Of a stretch of DNA of 64,000 nt, positions 24,655 to 39,600 are shown piece after piece. A program made the translations under genes and the position numbers. The notes below the pieces were generated by a model. It was given only the letters and a program-made list of their open reading frames with translations, made no database searches and was not told the DNA's origin. Each line of letters starts with the position of its first letter. Within the stretch, counting starts at the first letter, position 1. The DNA comes from Owenia fusiformis (Eukaryota): positions 44,826,001 through 44,890,000 of the forward strand of contig CAIIXF020000001.1 of the NCBI GenBank assembly GCA_903813345.2. The letters run 5' to 3'.

Positions 24655-27600
24655 ATGCCTGCAGCTCCTCCAAAGACTCCTTGCAGGCATGAGGTGAGGA
24701 CACCATCAGAGGGGGTGACTCTACAGAAGACTGTATTCATAGGCTACACTGATGTCTTGGCTGCAGGAAGGCTAGTACAAATAACAACAATCAATTAGTA
24801 GCTGGGACAAAACAAGTCATCCCTTTCTTTTTTTCTGATAATTTTTTCAATTCTCAATAATTTTTATCGAATAGTTATTTCGCGAAAACATGATATAATG
24901 GAAATAAAGACAATACTTATTCTAGAAACAACAAATAAAAAACAAATATAAGGTAAAGTTGTTGAATCCTCCAAAAATATTGTGAGCTTGGACAGTAATT
25001 ATATTCAGGTCTACAAGGCCTTTACAATAAAGTAACATGTTTAGTTGTATACTTTTTTTGTGAGCCTATCAAGTATCAATGCCTATTTTTCTACAGCCGG
25101 GCCTTGTTAGGCATTGACACAAAGCAAATGAAAATTGAATATGATGAGCTGAATATCCCAGATCTGAACAATTTACAACCTGCTGTTACAAGAGGCATAG
25201 AACCTGACCCTACAGAGAAAGATTTCCTCCACTTACAGATATTGAACCACAAGTATGAGCAGGTCGGATATTATCCTAAGCTAGAGTGACTGACTGTTTA
25301 ACACTCTTTACTAACTGATAAATGTCTTAACTCGTTGAGCCATTCAGAATCTGCTGGTTATCAAAGATTGTAATTTCTTAAAGTATTACTTACTGTGACT
25401 CTTAACTTTAAGGGCTCTCAGAAAGGTTGATATCTTAACTGTTATATTATTGCTCTTAGTCACATGCTTAAGTGTATACAGAGAGTCAGCATACATGCAC
25501 ATGCAACGAACTATCACATTATGAGTGTCCAGATGTTATAAATTATTTAAAACATAGGAGATGGAGTACATGTATTAACTATGCACATTTTATAACTGAA
25601 ATGTCTTTAGTCTTGTGCATGATTTGCTTCTTCCAGTGCTCCCTTGTTATTGTCAACACAGTTGTGCCAGCTGACAAGTGCCATGTAGTCGCCAACAAAA
25701 TCATGGATATGTGTTCTAGAGGGTAATGTAACATCTTTTTGTCCAGTGTCATAGGACCTACTTCCGGCACTTGATAAACTAAACTTCATATAAAAAACAA
25801 TTAAGACAAGGCTGAATTGATAAAAATGTCGTTGCATACTCAACCACTGGGGTTTAGTCATTGTTACCTCTTTAAGATGAATGAAACAGACAACTGCAAC
25901 ATTTTATAGAACTTTAAATAATAATGCAATCCAGGACTGTATCTTTATGCAGCAAATGTTGTTGTGTGAAAAAGTTCAGTTGGGGCATACATACCAAATA
26001 AGATGATTGTAAGGGTTTCATTTACTCCCAATTCTTTAAAAACATTCAATAACTTTTAAAATAAAGTTTTAACCATAGCCTTACCCGGGAGCTTAACATC
26101 CATCATTGAAATGTTGACACTTGCAAGCTGTGCATTGGAAAATATCAATCTTGAATTTTTTTTAACCATAGTTAGAAAGAATCTATATGTATCATGAAAA
26201 AGGTAACCTGATTTGGTTACAGTATTGCTGTGTATTTCAGGGGTACAGAGAGAATATTTCTGCTTAGTGCTGTTCCAGTCAATCTGCCCAAGTCACTTTC
26301 ATCCCGTGCATCAAACCCTTTGTTTGAGAACTGCAGGTTCTGTGAACCAGGTAACACTAGGTTAAGTTTATTTCATAAAAGGTAATACTTTTCATAACTG
26401 CATGTTACAATTAGTGTAATCACTAATGCCTTAAGTTAATGTCAATCTGAGAGGTTAGTGGAATTTTTCAATTTTCCAATTCATAGAAATAAGTAACTAA
26501 CATGATTGATAATTTTGGGCCTAACTTCTTTTCTGTAATTATTGAAAATGAAAAAACACTAGGTATTATATCTCTGTAACGTTGTACTGTTGTATTTTGC
26601 AGCCACAATGTATGAATCTCTCCCCATTACTACACTAATCCACGACCATTTCCTCAACACAATGCTACAGCTGATCAATGTAGAGGGAATCCCAACATCT
26701 GTTCTCATTATCCCTGCCACTAGAGGGCGTGGTGGTAGAGCGTCAAAAGAGGATGGGTCAGCTCAGGTACGGTCACAATCAATTAATTATTCTACTCATG
26801 CTTTGTTTCATATATCTTTTGATATTAGATGAATCTGTCGTCAAAAGAAGCATGGTGTAATATAATCCCACCAAATGGATCTGGAAGGATATAGAGAATC
26901 CCTTTATCCATCTAGTTTAAATGTAGCTTTGTTTAGCTGCACCTAAATGCCATTTTGGGTGTCCAAAAACTATGATGTGTCTTTTTTATGTGTCTTAGGC
27001 ATGTAATAAAATATGCACAGGTGCACTTTCATATAACAGAATAACAGGACAAGCAATTAACTGATAATATGATAAAATCAAATGCCATTTTGAATAACAG
27101 CTGTTATTTCAAATCAACAGCAAATGAGCAGAAGATCAAAATAATCTATAAAGCAACATATGATTGCTGGTGAAGTTAGGTTATCGCAAACAATTTCAAA
27201 CGATTCTAACTTGAATTATGAATATTTTCTGATCATGAACATGGGTGTATCTTTTAGATCCATTCATTATCTTCAAGAAAAGTATGTATAATGATAATTT
27301 AGTTAATCAGACCTAAGTGATATTGAAGGGGCAATGGACCAATCAACATACTTTTTCAAAAATGTTGACCTAATTTTCACCAAAAATGCAACCTTTTATT
27401 AAATTGTTGAATGCATAATTAGAATGTGCCTTGAGACATGTTCGATTTCCTTAAAGGAAAAGTTGATTGCTCCAGGGACTTAAAAGATATTGAATTTGGA
27501 TGACCAAAATGAACTGAAACCAATGGATAGCATGAGGTTTTTCAATGAAGAAATAACATGGGGAACACTTATCTTAAAGCAATTAAGTTTTTCTTTTATG

Positions 27601-30600
27601 AACTATTTGATTCATTAAAATAAAGAATAGTAATGCATTAAACATTGTAACAAATGATTGCATTTCTGGTGAAAATGGGGTCAACATCTTTGAAAAAGTG
27701 TGTTGATGGGTTGATTGCTAGTTAAATATCTCTGAGTTTGTTTGACTTTATTATCACTGTACAGTAAAACCTGCGTATAGTGAACAGTTTTTTGCCAAGA
27801 AAAAATGTTCACTGTTGGTAGGTGTTCACTACACCAAGGATTTGATTTCGCGGCATTTTGCCGTATTATATAAAGAGACCAGCTATTAAAAGAGAGGAGG
27901 GAATAATCAATTTAATTTGTATTTTCTACCCATATTAACCCATGGCACTCTAGCGTTAAGTATTTGATTTGTTGTCATGTTATATACAAACTGACTTATT
28001 TTAGACTCACTGTCATCTGAATGGTTCTTCCTTTTATTGTCAAATTTTAATCTCTTTATAATTCTTTTTATCTCATCAAGATGGTCCTTTAAACAGTGGA
28101 ATCTTTGAGACATTTGAGTCACTTAAAGGACTTTATTGAATTAGTTAAAGGAAATGATAGATGCAGTTAATAGTGAAATGATCATGATTTATAATTTTAA
28201 TCCAATCTTCTTTTTTTTTAAATTGACGGGATGAGAAAAAGATTTAGTTGGGATTTAGCAGATAGAGGTAATAATAGTTAACCAGATTATCTCCAAGCAA
28301 TCAATCCCAGACGCATATCCTGTTTTACAAAAACAAAGCTTATTAAGAATTATAATTAGTCACACCTGTTTCAATAGAAGAAGAGATCAAGATCTCAAAT
28401 TGACCTTTTAATTATTTTTGGCAGGTAATATAAACATAAACTGCTTAACTCTGATAAGGCAGTTGCAGAAAATCCGCGAGAAATCTTATATCTGATTCAA
28501 TGTTCACTAGAGACAGGATAATTCAACTGATTTTGCCAAGATTTAGTGTTCACTGTTCACAATAGGTAGGTGTCCACTATAGGATTGTACTTAAACATGG
28601 GAGTCAATGGGAGAAAAAGATTTTGCCGAATAAAAATGTTCACTGTTGATAGGTGTTCACTAGAGAGATGTGTTCACTAACTTAGGTTTTACTGTATATA
28701 ATTTTCTTTGAGATAATGAATTGATCTAAAAGATAAACCTGTCTTCATTGTCAGAAAATAGTCATAATCCAAGATTTAACCTTCTGAAATTGTTTGCGAT
28801 AACCTACGTGCTCCTCTATACTTTAAGTACTCCTTTTTTTTTTATTAATCATCAAATATTTATTTATTCCAAGAGTCAATTGTATTGTAATTCAATTGTA
28901 TTGTTAACGGAATAATTGCTTTTGTTTACATCATTGGCGGCAATTTTCAAAATAATAAAGATGGAATACTCTGAAAAAATTACTCCGACATGAGCCATAT
29001 AGATTATGAGTTATAATTTATAACCCTTGAGTCAGTTTATTTGAAAAACGGGCCCTCCTGTTAATGGTTGTGAACCTTACTAGATTATAAAACAATTAAT
29101 TTACCAGCTGTTCCAGACATTTAATTTTCCTGTTTTATACATTTGGGTTACATAAATTTTGGTTTGCCCATTAAAAGGTGAATATATCAAGGGTTAAAGC
29201 AGTTAATGACTTGACCTAAAATAAGTGTAGCTCAATGTTTATGAAATGAACTTTAACCAGAGATGTAATGGATTTGCTAATCAGCTATGTGACATGTGAT
29301 AATCCTAACTACATGTAGAACCAGAACAACGGCAACGCCAAAGCGTAGCGAATCCCATCGAACAGAAATGGCTGGCATTTTTAGAAACGAATAGCAAATA
29401 TCATAAAACAACACACCAGAAAGGCCACCATTTTCAAAATGGTTGCTCACTAGCCAAGTTGTCATCAGAAGAAACACATAAAAATGGTGGCCATTTTTCA
29501 AAATGGCCGACGAGTCCCCAAAGTTTTATTAGACAATGTGCCATGCTTAAAGTATTCACATATCAAATATGAACAAAATCGCTCCACTACTTTTCGAGTT
29601 ATAGTAAAATACGTTAAAATGGCAGCCATTTTTCACTTTTTTTTCAAAATGGCCGCCTTCTACCAAAAGTGTCATAGGACAGTGTGCTATGCTTATAGTA
29701 TTCACATACCAAATATGAACAAAATCGCTCCACTACTTTTCGAGTTATAGTAAAATACGTTAAAATGGCGGCCATTTTTCAAAATTGCGGCCATTTTTCA
29801 AAATGGCCGCCTTCTACCAAAAGTGTCTTTAAACAATGTCCAATGCTTATAGTATTCACATACCAAATATGAACAAAATCGCTCAACTATTTTTTGAGTT
29901 ACAGCAAAAATCGTAAAATGACGAGTAAAGGCCGTCATTTTTCAAGATGGCTGCCATGTGCTTCTTTAATATCTACATTTGTAGCATTATTAATGCCCTT
30001 TATAATATTTTTACATTTAAAACATATTGCTATTACAGTTTTACATATTGCACCTAAATTACTGTAAAATCGGCACTAAAATGGCCGCCATTTTGAAATG
30101 AGCGGCCATTTTGAAAATCGGCTTTCGAGCAGAACTTCTACCCCCATAGGGTATATGTGTACAAAATATGAATAAAATCGGGCCAACGGTATTTGAGTTA
30201 TTGCCCGGACGGACGGACGGACGGACGGACGTACGTACGGACAGACGGACGTACGTACGGACGGACGGACGGACGTACGTACGGACGGACGGACGGACGG
30301 ACAGAGGCGTTCCCTTTATCCCTCCGAACTTCGTTCGATGGGATAATAATGGATGACACACAATGGGATAAATAAATACAATATCATTAATCTCCAATGC
30401 TCCAATACGCGATAACGTTTAGTTTAGTTCAGTTTAGTTTAGTTACCTCCCGTTTGGAGAGCTCTCATGTATGGTACAACTTTGTCTACATTCGGGTTCT
30501 TTCCCATTGGATTACACAGGGGTGCTATTTTCAATGCCGCACTGCGACTCTATTAAACATTTATGTAGAGTTGCATTTGCACAAATGAGAGGTATGTATG

Positions 30601-33600
30601 TAATTATATGTAAAAAGGCTTTTTGAACTATAATCCCCAAATCCGAAGAAATCTGTAGTTGAAAATGCCTCCAATTCCAGTGACGTCTCTGATTCCCCAG
30701 ATATTGCTCAGACGTCATCGAAGATAGAAAAGATATAAAAAATGTTACTTTGAATCTCCGATTATCCTTCTGATTATTGAATAGATTGGATGATGGAAGA
30801 TCAGAAGCTGAGAATCGTTCAGAGTATTCGACTCGTTTGGCGGGCCAATGAAAATTTGTCCCTTCCAAAGCGATGCATCATGGGAGATCTTTATGTAAAT
30901 TACCACCTATTGAACTCTTTTCGGGAATAGGAGTATTAGTAATGAGCATGACATGTAGTATTAAATCTTTCACATTCTATCAGAATTTATATTGGAGTCC
31001 AAGATTTTAATTCATTTAGCCCCAATATTTAACAAATTTTGTCTGATCACACTAATTCCAGAAAGCCTCATAAAGTTGTTGAATGGTGATCCAGGCTTAT
31101 CAGATGTACGTAAATGGTAAACGTGACAAAATCAAATTTCCTTGAACTCTTTGTATTGAATTGTACACAATGGCAGTTCTGTGTATGTGTCAGTTTTTGA
31201 CATGTTCACTGACAGATAATCAAAGTTCAATTTTTTCTTGTTTACTTTTCAATTACAGTTCAGTTGTACTAAACCAACTCCAACCATAGGCCCAAAGCCA
31301 GGATCTGCCAAGGGGCTCCACATTTTATGTCCCCACCACATAGTGTGTTAAAAAGTTCCAGGGGGGTTCACTTTTGACAATGTTGGTCCAAAAATGGACA
31401 AAATCACTTCAAAAGTGCACAGAATGGTGAAAAACTGCATGATTTTGAAAGAATTTTTGGCTACGGGCCTGAACCATAATACATGTATGCTTTACAAATG
31501 TTTAGGAAAAAACAGTGTATATGCACAGAGATGTTTAATAATATGATAAAAAATGATGAGCTAAAACAAGTACATTTTAAGATTTGAATTCAAAGCTTAC
31601 AGCTCAGTAATTAAAAATTTTCAAATATTGTAGAGAAGGGTCATTAATGGATCGGGTCCAGGTTTTGGTTCATGTCCCTTTGTAAACCCCAAGTCAGTAA
31701 ATGTTTAAGTGTAAAAAGCATCTTGTAACTGCATCTCACGTTAATCATTAGTGTCACAAGTGCAAACTCAAAGGATTGGTATCGATATGGAGAACTGAAT
31801 TCAACAATGTTTCATTCCTAAACCAATCATTAAATTGAAAACATTCTGTAAATAAAAACATGGTATTTTATGTAATGTTGACTGATTGACAACAATTTAA
31901 TGCGAAAATTATTTAGAAATATTTATATAACTGTTTTTGTTAACATTTTTTTGTTTTTTTAGTGCAATTGTTTTTGCTCCTTTCTACCAATTCTTGAGAA
32001 TGAAATAAAATGTCTTTCCAAACCTTGTTGGAACAAAATAGCATATACAGGGTGATCAATAAATAAGGTAAAAGTATCTGGCTTTTCTTCAGATTTTACC
32101 CAATCCTCATAAATTTTGCACAGAATAATGTTCAAACATTATTGAATTGAAATAATAAGTTACAGATCAAAGTGATGTAATTGGTTGAAGTTATGGTTGC
32201 CATAGCAACAGAAAGCATGAAGACCCGGGGCAACTATCAAAAAACTAAACTTTCAATCGAAACACTTTTGATGATATATTGCAAATCACAATTAAAATGG
32301 CATATCATATTCTTATTTCATACTTCATAACTGCTACTTAATGTCCTTTGTTTTTAACATATGCATAGTTCATGTCTTTATTACTCCAGTCTTTGAACTC
32401 TTTTTAAACCCATTTTCCCATAGACTGCAAAAGACGGCTGACTTCAAGTTATCCCATGAGAAACTCTCTCAACTCCCTCTTCAGCTCACGGCCGGCATGA
32501 CGGTAAAATCATAACGATAAGGGGATAAGTCAGGAGAGTATAGTACATGACCTAACATTGGGAAACCCAGTGCTTCAATGGTTTGTACCATGAGAATCGC
32601 ATTGTGAGATGGATAATTATCCCAGTGCAATATGAACGTTTTTGGGAGCCTCTTAGCTTCTTCCTCTTTGCTCTCATCAAACCTCTTCTCTGGGTATTGT
32701 TTTTCATCATTGACCTGTGTCATAGACTTTATATGACCACATCAGTTTTCATTATATATTTATCTTTTCCGTGACATCAAAAATCAAATTTGCAAGAAAA
32801 TATGTAACAATGGAAACAAAGCATTAAAACAATAAATGCTGGCACCCACATTTATTTATTTTCAGTTTGAAAAAGATGTGCTTTTTACCATTTTTTATTC
32901 AAATTGGACGCAATGAAATTGCCCCGGGTACCCCCGACTCCAGTTGCCATAGTAACTATAATATTAACCTATCAGATGTCAGAAGTTATATATTTATATG
33001 TTTTAATTTAGAAATGTACAAGGTATATTCTGACCAAATTTCAGGATATTTGGACCAATATTTACAAAATGCCAGATACTTTTACCTTATTTATTGATCA
33101 CCCTGTACAACATGTTTTTAGACCTCTCAATATTATAGTTATACAAAGGAATTTTTGGTTGATTTTAAAAAAGTATTCAAAAAATTAAAACAAAATCCCC
33201 CAAAATAGATAAAAATCAAGATAAACCTTTTATTTCATTTACAAGATACTTTTTTAAAATCAACCAAAATTTCCTTTGTACAATTACAATATTGAGAGAC
33301 CTAAACATGTTGTGTTTATGTCGTTTTGTTCCAATGAGGTTCGGAAAGATGTTTCATTTCACTCTGGAAACATGATACCAAGAACAAAACAAAAGTGTTT
33401 GATGTGTTTTCTAAAACAATATAGATGAAAGTATATATATATTTTTCAAATTGTATTGTTACCATTCAAAAGATGACCATTAAATTGATGATGTGTTAAA
33501 TTTTTAGATTTTTTTTATGACTGGTTTAAGAGAAACGTTTGTTCAAAAAGTTCTCCATATCGATACCACTCCTTTACCTTGGAGGAAAATTGTTGTGAAA

Positions 33601-36600
33601 ATTTAAATTGAATTTACTGCAAAAAATTATATTGCATCAGTTAGTAGATTTAATTTTTTCAAAAATATGGCTTTGATTTGAAATATGGAAATGAGCTTGG
33701 ATGCACTAATCTTGTTCAGCTGGTTTTCACCAGATTGAGAACAGGTTTCACGTAATCGATCTGTCGCTGAAATTGAAATATAAGAAATGCACATTTATGT
33801 GACGCAGTATGATAAAAAAATTGATGTACAGCAGATTCATTTTTTAAATTTGGAAAGCCAATGTAATTAGCAAGCCATTATGAATTATGGGTTGACCTTA
33901 CCTCTTATTAACCTTTCATTGTAGCTATCATTTAAATGTAACTAAACCTTTTAATGACCCCAATAACATCAGGTAGCATCGAGTCTCAATTGCAATTTAT
34001 TGAGCTTAATACATTAGGGCAAATTTAGATTTTGACCAGCATCATCTAATAAGAAATGGGAAAACAGTTTTTTTGACTGCAAGTGTGGAAATAGTATATC
34101 GAAGATTGTATTTCATGGCCCCTCACAAAAACTCAGCAGGGTAAAGATATACACACAAAAAGCCCAGTCTGTATGTAGGTTTTTGTATAACAATTCAACT
34201 AGCAATTGGTTGCTACAACGTCATTGATACCAAAAACCAATGTGCCCAAACCATAATTCACTTATCACATGGAGCCCAGCTAATGTGGAAACTAACAAGG
34301 CGACCCAAATTTGAAGTCTGAAAAAAATGTTTCCATGGAAAAAATGTTGGGGCACTAAAACCCAAAATTGGGCCCAAAGTTTGAAAATTTAAGGCCCATT
34401 CATAAAAAATTTGGCCAAAAATTAAAGAAAAAAAGGGCCAAGTAATGCCCAAAAAGGCCCACTAATCTGCCAGTGTGACTGATATGAGTCAGTGCATTTC
34501 ATTCTGTAACATTGATCATTTATGATTATGTGCATATTCCTCAATGCCTTTGGCATTTTACTTAGAAAAAAGCAGCGTCTGACAAGAATTTTCTTTTTAA
34601 TTTGAAATTACTTTAACATGTCGGAAGAAAAAAGTGTTTGAATCCGCAAGAAAAATAGTTTTAAGTTTTGTTGTTAAATAAACGTTTAATGTGTACATGC
34701 TTACAAAACCGTAGTATGATTTACAAGGTAGTTTGACCTGCATTATCAAGACCAATCTAGCTTTGATCAAATTAACAATTCAGCACCCGATCGTTATCTT
34801 TTACATGTATTGTTCATTTTGCATTATTGGTGATAATTGCATGTTAAATTGTTGTTGTCTGATTTCACACCTTTACTTTTAATTATAGATGACCTGAATG
34901 TGACTTGTACATTTGTTGTCTAATTACACTTGGTTGCTGTGTCATCTTCTACCCATGGGTCTTCTACACAAATTTTGAAATATTTCATTGGTTTAAACAT
35001 ATGAAAAGGCTGTGGGTGTGAATCACCCGATCGTTGGCCCATATGTCAAAATTTTTTAAATGCAAACTGCCTATTGTCTGATAGCCTATGAACTAATGCT
35101 TGTATCCCTTAGATATATAGATAAACATAGATAATATAGATAAACAAAAAATAAGAATATTGAAAAAATCTGTGATTGATAAGACCCCTTTTCCTATGGC
35201 CTGGCTCAAATATTGAATTAACATTTCAAAACTACCGTATACAAATACGGTAAAACCTGCGGACAAGGAGCGGTAGGCAAAATTGTTTCTTGTCGACAGA
35301 TATTTGCCACAGAGAGTCTACATGTTTTAGGCCAGCCCCAAACACTATTGATGTGTCCTAAGACGATGCTTGATATTCAAGTTTCTTCCTATTTGCGCCA
35401 TTTTTGAATTCAACAGATGGCTGATGGATTAACATACTAATTTATGTCCAACTCACTCAAATATGCATGGAATATTGGCTAAATAAAGTCCTCTGTTAGA
35501 TTCTTGCTTTATTTAAGCGATCTTTACCGTATTCTCTCCAATAAGGATACATATCATTATTGTAAAAATATGCTGTCACTTTCGTTGAAAATAAGGGATT
35601 TTTGGCCAGAAAAGTCCCATACATGAAATTCCCATGGATTTTTGACTTCTCTCTTATATGGGCGCTCTTTGTAATGTGTTACAGTGTGAATTTCAATTTC
35701 AAAGGCGCCCTGGGCGCTTAAAACGGCGAATACGGTATATGCCATTTGCACTTTTCCAACATTTTAAAGGCCATGTGTGAAGTTTGAAAATATTGTTTAA
35801 TTATCAAATTAATATTATTTTTTCATGACTTAGAATTGTCTTGAGGCATTTTTCGAAAAAGGATTAATGATCTCAAATTTAAAATATTTAAATCCCCTTT
35901 TAGGAAGCAAAGTTTAGATTTTTAGATCATGGAATGTAACATTTTACATTGTAAAACACATTATTTTCTCTACTTCATTTGGTAGATTAATCTACCATAA
36001 TTATATTTTTTGTCTAAATCTCTCATCATAAAAATACATTGGCATGATATTGGATACTGTACATGTGACAAAGAAAACCTTATTATTAGTAAATTCACAT
36101 TTCTATAGAATTGGTAACATTTCGATAATTAGCCTAAGTGTTTTCAAGTGTATTCCGTCAGAGAGGTGTTACTGTATATAGAAACAATAGAGGAAAAGTA
36201 TATGTGTCTTAATTTAAAACGATTTTTTATTTTCTTATTATTAAATACATTTTTAACATATTATTAAATAATATTTGTGATATATGATATTATTATTATA
36301 TGATACATTCTTATGTTATATTCTACACTGCACAATCATTTTACATAAACCATATTCAACCACGTACTGCATTGATTATTAAATATTTTCAAAAAATATA
36401 TATTTTATTTAAGTCATTGAAAATCTCTCATAGAGGGATGTGTTCTTTATCATCTCAAATATATAATATCTCAAAAAGATGACATGCTGTTTTCTTTATG
36501 TACATACTTTAATTAAATGAGGAACATATAAATGTTGAAATTTATATATTTTCACTAGATTTCTTAAAAATAGGAACAAAAAATCTGAAATTGAAACAAT

Positions 36601-39600
36601 TTCTGAAACAGTTGCTCTATCTCCTATTCTATCTTTCCATGTACATGTCATTGACCGGAAAATCTGTATGAACTCAGGTAACAAACAACTATTTAACAAT
36701 GAATATTGATTTATCATTACTGCTGTGTGGGAGGTCAGATTTTAACATTTAGCAAATAAATTGGCCACATATGTTTATAGTCTTCTTTCATCATAGTTTT
36801 GTGATAAAGTACTCACAGGATGTCAAAATTAAATTTTTGTGAGTTGCTGGAGCATGCCCTTTTACTTTGAATTATCAAGAATTTTACCAAAATTTACCTT
36901 ACCAAAATTATAAAGACATTGATCTCTTATTGTAGTCTGTAAATGCATCAATTACTGGATATGCTATGTTCAATTCGCTTTTTAGCTACATATATTTTCA
37001 CTGTAGAAGGACAAACTTGTTTCATATTATGCAAATTGATGTTTTACTTAAACATAGTAAAACTAGAGAGAGAACCACTTGTCATTTAAATAATGGATGA
37101 TTTCGTCAACCATATAGCATTCTATTCTATTTTAAAAAAACTATTGATTTTTGATCATTGATTACATGAACTTTTAAAACTTACCGCTTGATACAGGGCG
37201 ACCCAAAAATTTTAATTCATATTATTAGAACTAAATGCAACTACTTGTACATACACCAGATATACAGTATATCATTAATTGTGCTCTAGATATGCCAGCA
37301 GTCTATGGACAAAAGTATTTGTATCTCTAGTATGCTACTCTGTGTTAAATTACTCTCTTTAAAACCTGATGTTATAATGATTATATCATTATTTGTTCCC
37401 TGTACCCTGTAGTCATGAATGGCAAACTGCTCTTTGTCTCTTCAAGGGTGGGCTATATATTTCTCATAGGTTATGGGAACTTCACGAACACCTTTGACAC
37501 TTGGTGTTTCATTTCTGTGGTAAGTAGAACACGTCATTTACATTTCTATTGACTGAGGTGTTCCACGAACAGAAGTGTACCACAGGTTTCACCTTATTTT
37601 GAATATCGATTTATGAAATTCAGTCTTCAGTAGGTGTGCTATCAGAATGTCAAGATCATGAGAGACAGTCATGATTTTAATTCAGAAGAGAATTTAGGAA
37701 CTTTGTTTCATCAAGTGTCTGATTCTGATTTCTTTCTGTTTGTTGCTAACTGTCCATTTGAGAAATAATTGTTGACTCTCTTACATTGCAAGTCCAACAT
37801 GTTTGAAATAACATTGTTATTGTTTTCATGAAAGTGAACATGAGAATTGTCTGTCCCAAGATTTTCAATATCAGCACAGGATTTACTATGGTTTAGTCTG
37901 ATCCGGCTCTTCTGTTGTAGTTCCATATAGTGTGTGTATGTGTATAAGATAGCTCCTCCAACCACAAGCATGTTACTCAGCCACCAGAGGATCGCCTTCT
38001 GTTCACGATAATAGGAGACTGCGATCAGGGTCTGAACGATACCCTTGGTACTAGCGCTGATGTGGTGTGTCACGGGAGAAGTGATGTGAATCTGGAATGC
38101 ACTGATCCAAGCCATCATTGCCCCCAGAATACCAGCTCCACTCAATAACAACCAGAACCATACATCACCAAAGCGATCACTTGCGATGACAGTGTAGCCC
38201 TGCTTGCTAACTATAACAATCGGCAAGAAGAGAAGACTGGTGTTTAAATTCATATAGAGAGTCAACTGGAGGCTATCATTACTGACCATCTCCAGATTCT
38301 TCTTAGTGTAGATCCCAACAAGAGCGACGAATATACTGGAGAAAAGTCCATATAGTACCCCACTTAGCGATAACGCCCCAACTAAGTTCTCCTGGTCAAT
38401 GCCCAGTACAAAGCCACATGCGATCATTAAACAACACAGCCAGGCTCGACAAGTCAAATGCTTCTTAAGCAACACCATCGAGAATAAACACGTGAAAATC
38501 AAAGTAAATGATTTAGCAACTTGGAAAAATGCCACGCCCACATGTTTCAAGCAGAGATTGTTGAATATGGTTGCTCCAACGAAATACACTGATGCAATCA
38601 GCATTCCCTTTGATAAAATAATGTCTTTGCATATCAAAGACTTCTGTGGATTTTTTGTGCAAGAGTGTCTTCCTAGTGTGACAATACTCACGATAGCTGC
38701 GCACACACATGCTTGGAACCAGGATACAAATATTGAGATATCTTGGTCTGTATTTTTTGTTCCCACTAAATGTTTGTTAGCAAAGATTAGAGTTATGCTT
38801 GTCATCCAGAATGCTAGTACAACAAGTCCAACCTTCATGCACTTAGACATGGTTGTTTTATCCAATGCTAAAGATCCAAGCAAAAATGATCCATCCAAAA
38901 TGTATTTATCGTAATCTCTCTTCCAAGTTTAGTGAACTGAGTGATGCAGTTCTTGCCGGCTCTTTCTGGGCATTCACCAACTACTGTTTCAAATGTAATT
39001 TAAAAATGTTTATTTCAAGCTGGTCTGATCAATGAAATCACTATCAATATTTGAAATCAATGTCTCACACAGCTGTTCAATAACAGAATTGCACAAACAT
39101 GTGTCTGTATGTACTAGATATTATAGTACATGTTGTCTCTGAAAATGTTACTTTTTCTCATTTATCCTTTTTCAAAAGTATATTAAATTGTAAACCAGTG
39201 TTATAAAATTGAACTTTTTTTGACAACTAAGTTCAAAGATTAAATTATTTGCTTGTTTATTGATTTCATTTACGTCATTCTCCCACGTAGTTACTAACAC
39301 TAATTGAAAGAAGAATTGGCAATTATATTGATCATTTGTTATTGATGAGTTTCATCAAGTGAAAAACAAGTGGTGCTTTAATTTAAGGAGAAAGTATTAG
39401 TTTTCATGGATTGGAAATGCTGTTTAATAGTATGGGCTGTGAAGGTGTATTTGAAGGTTCAATATGCAAAATTTTACAAATTCTAATCCTTCCCTCTTCC
39501 TTAAATGATCACATTCACAGAATTGGCAACATAGCTTTTAAAAATTACAAAAGAGTACTTCGTTATACCCTAATTAATGAGTTTATTCAGCTGAACTTGA

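Noticed and set aside
30059..30397. Overlapping ORFs with RTDG/SVRP repeats
   Set aside because: Translations of the GGAC/GTAC microsatellite in the HINE-like element
38399..38914. 171-aa + strand ORF
   Set aside because: Antisense shadow of the SLC35C1-like CDS
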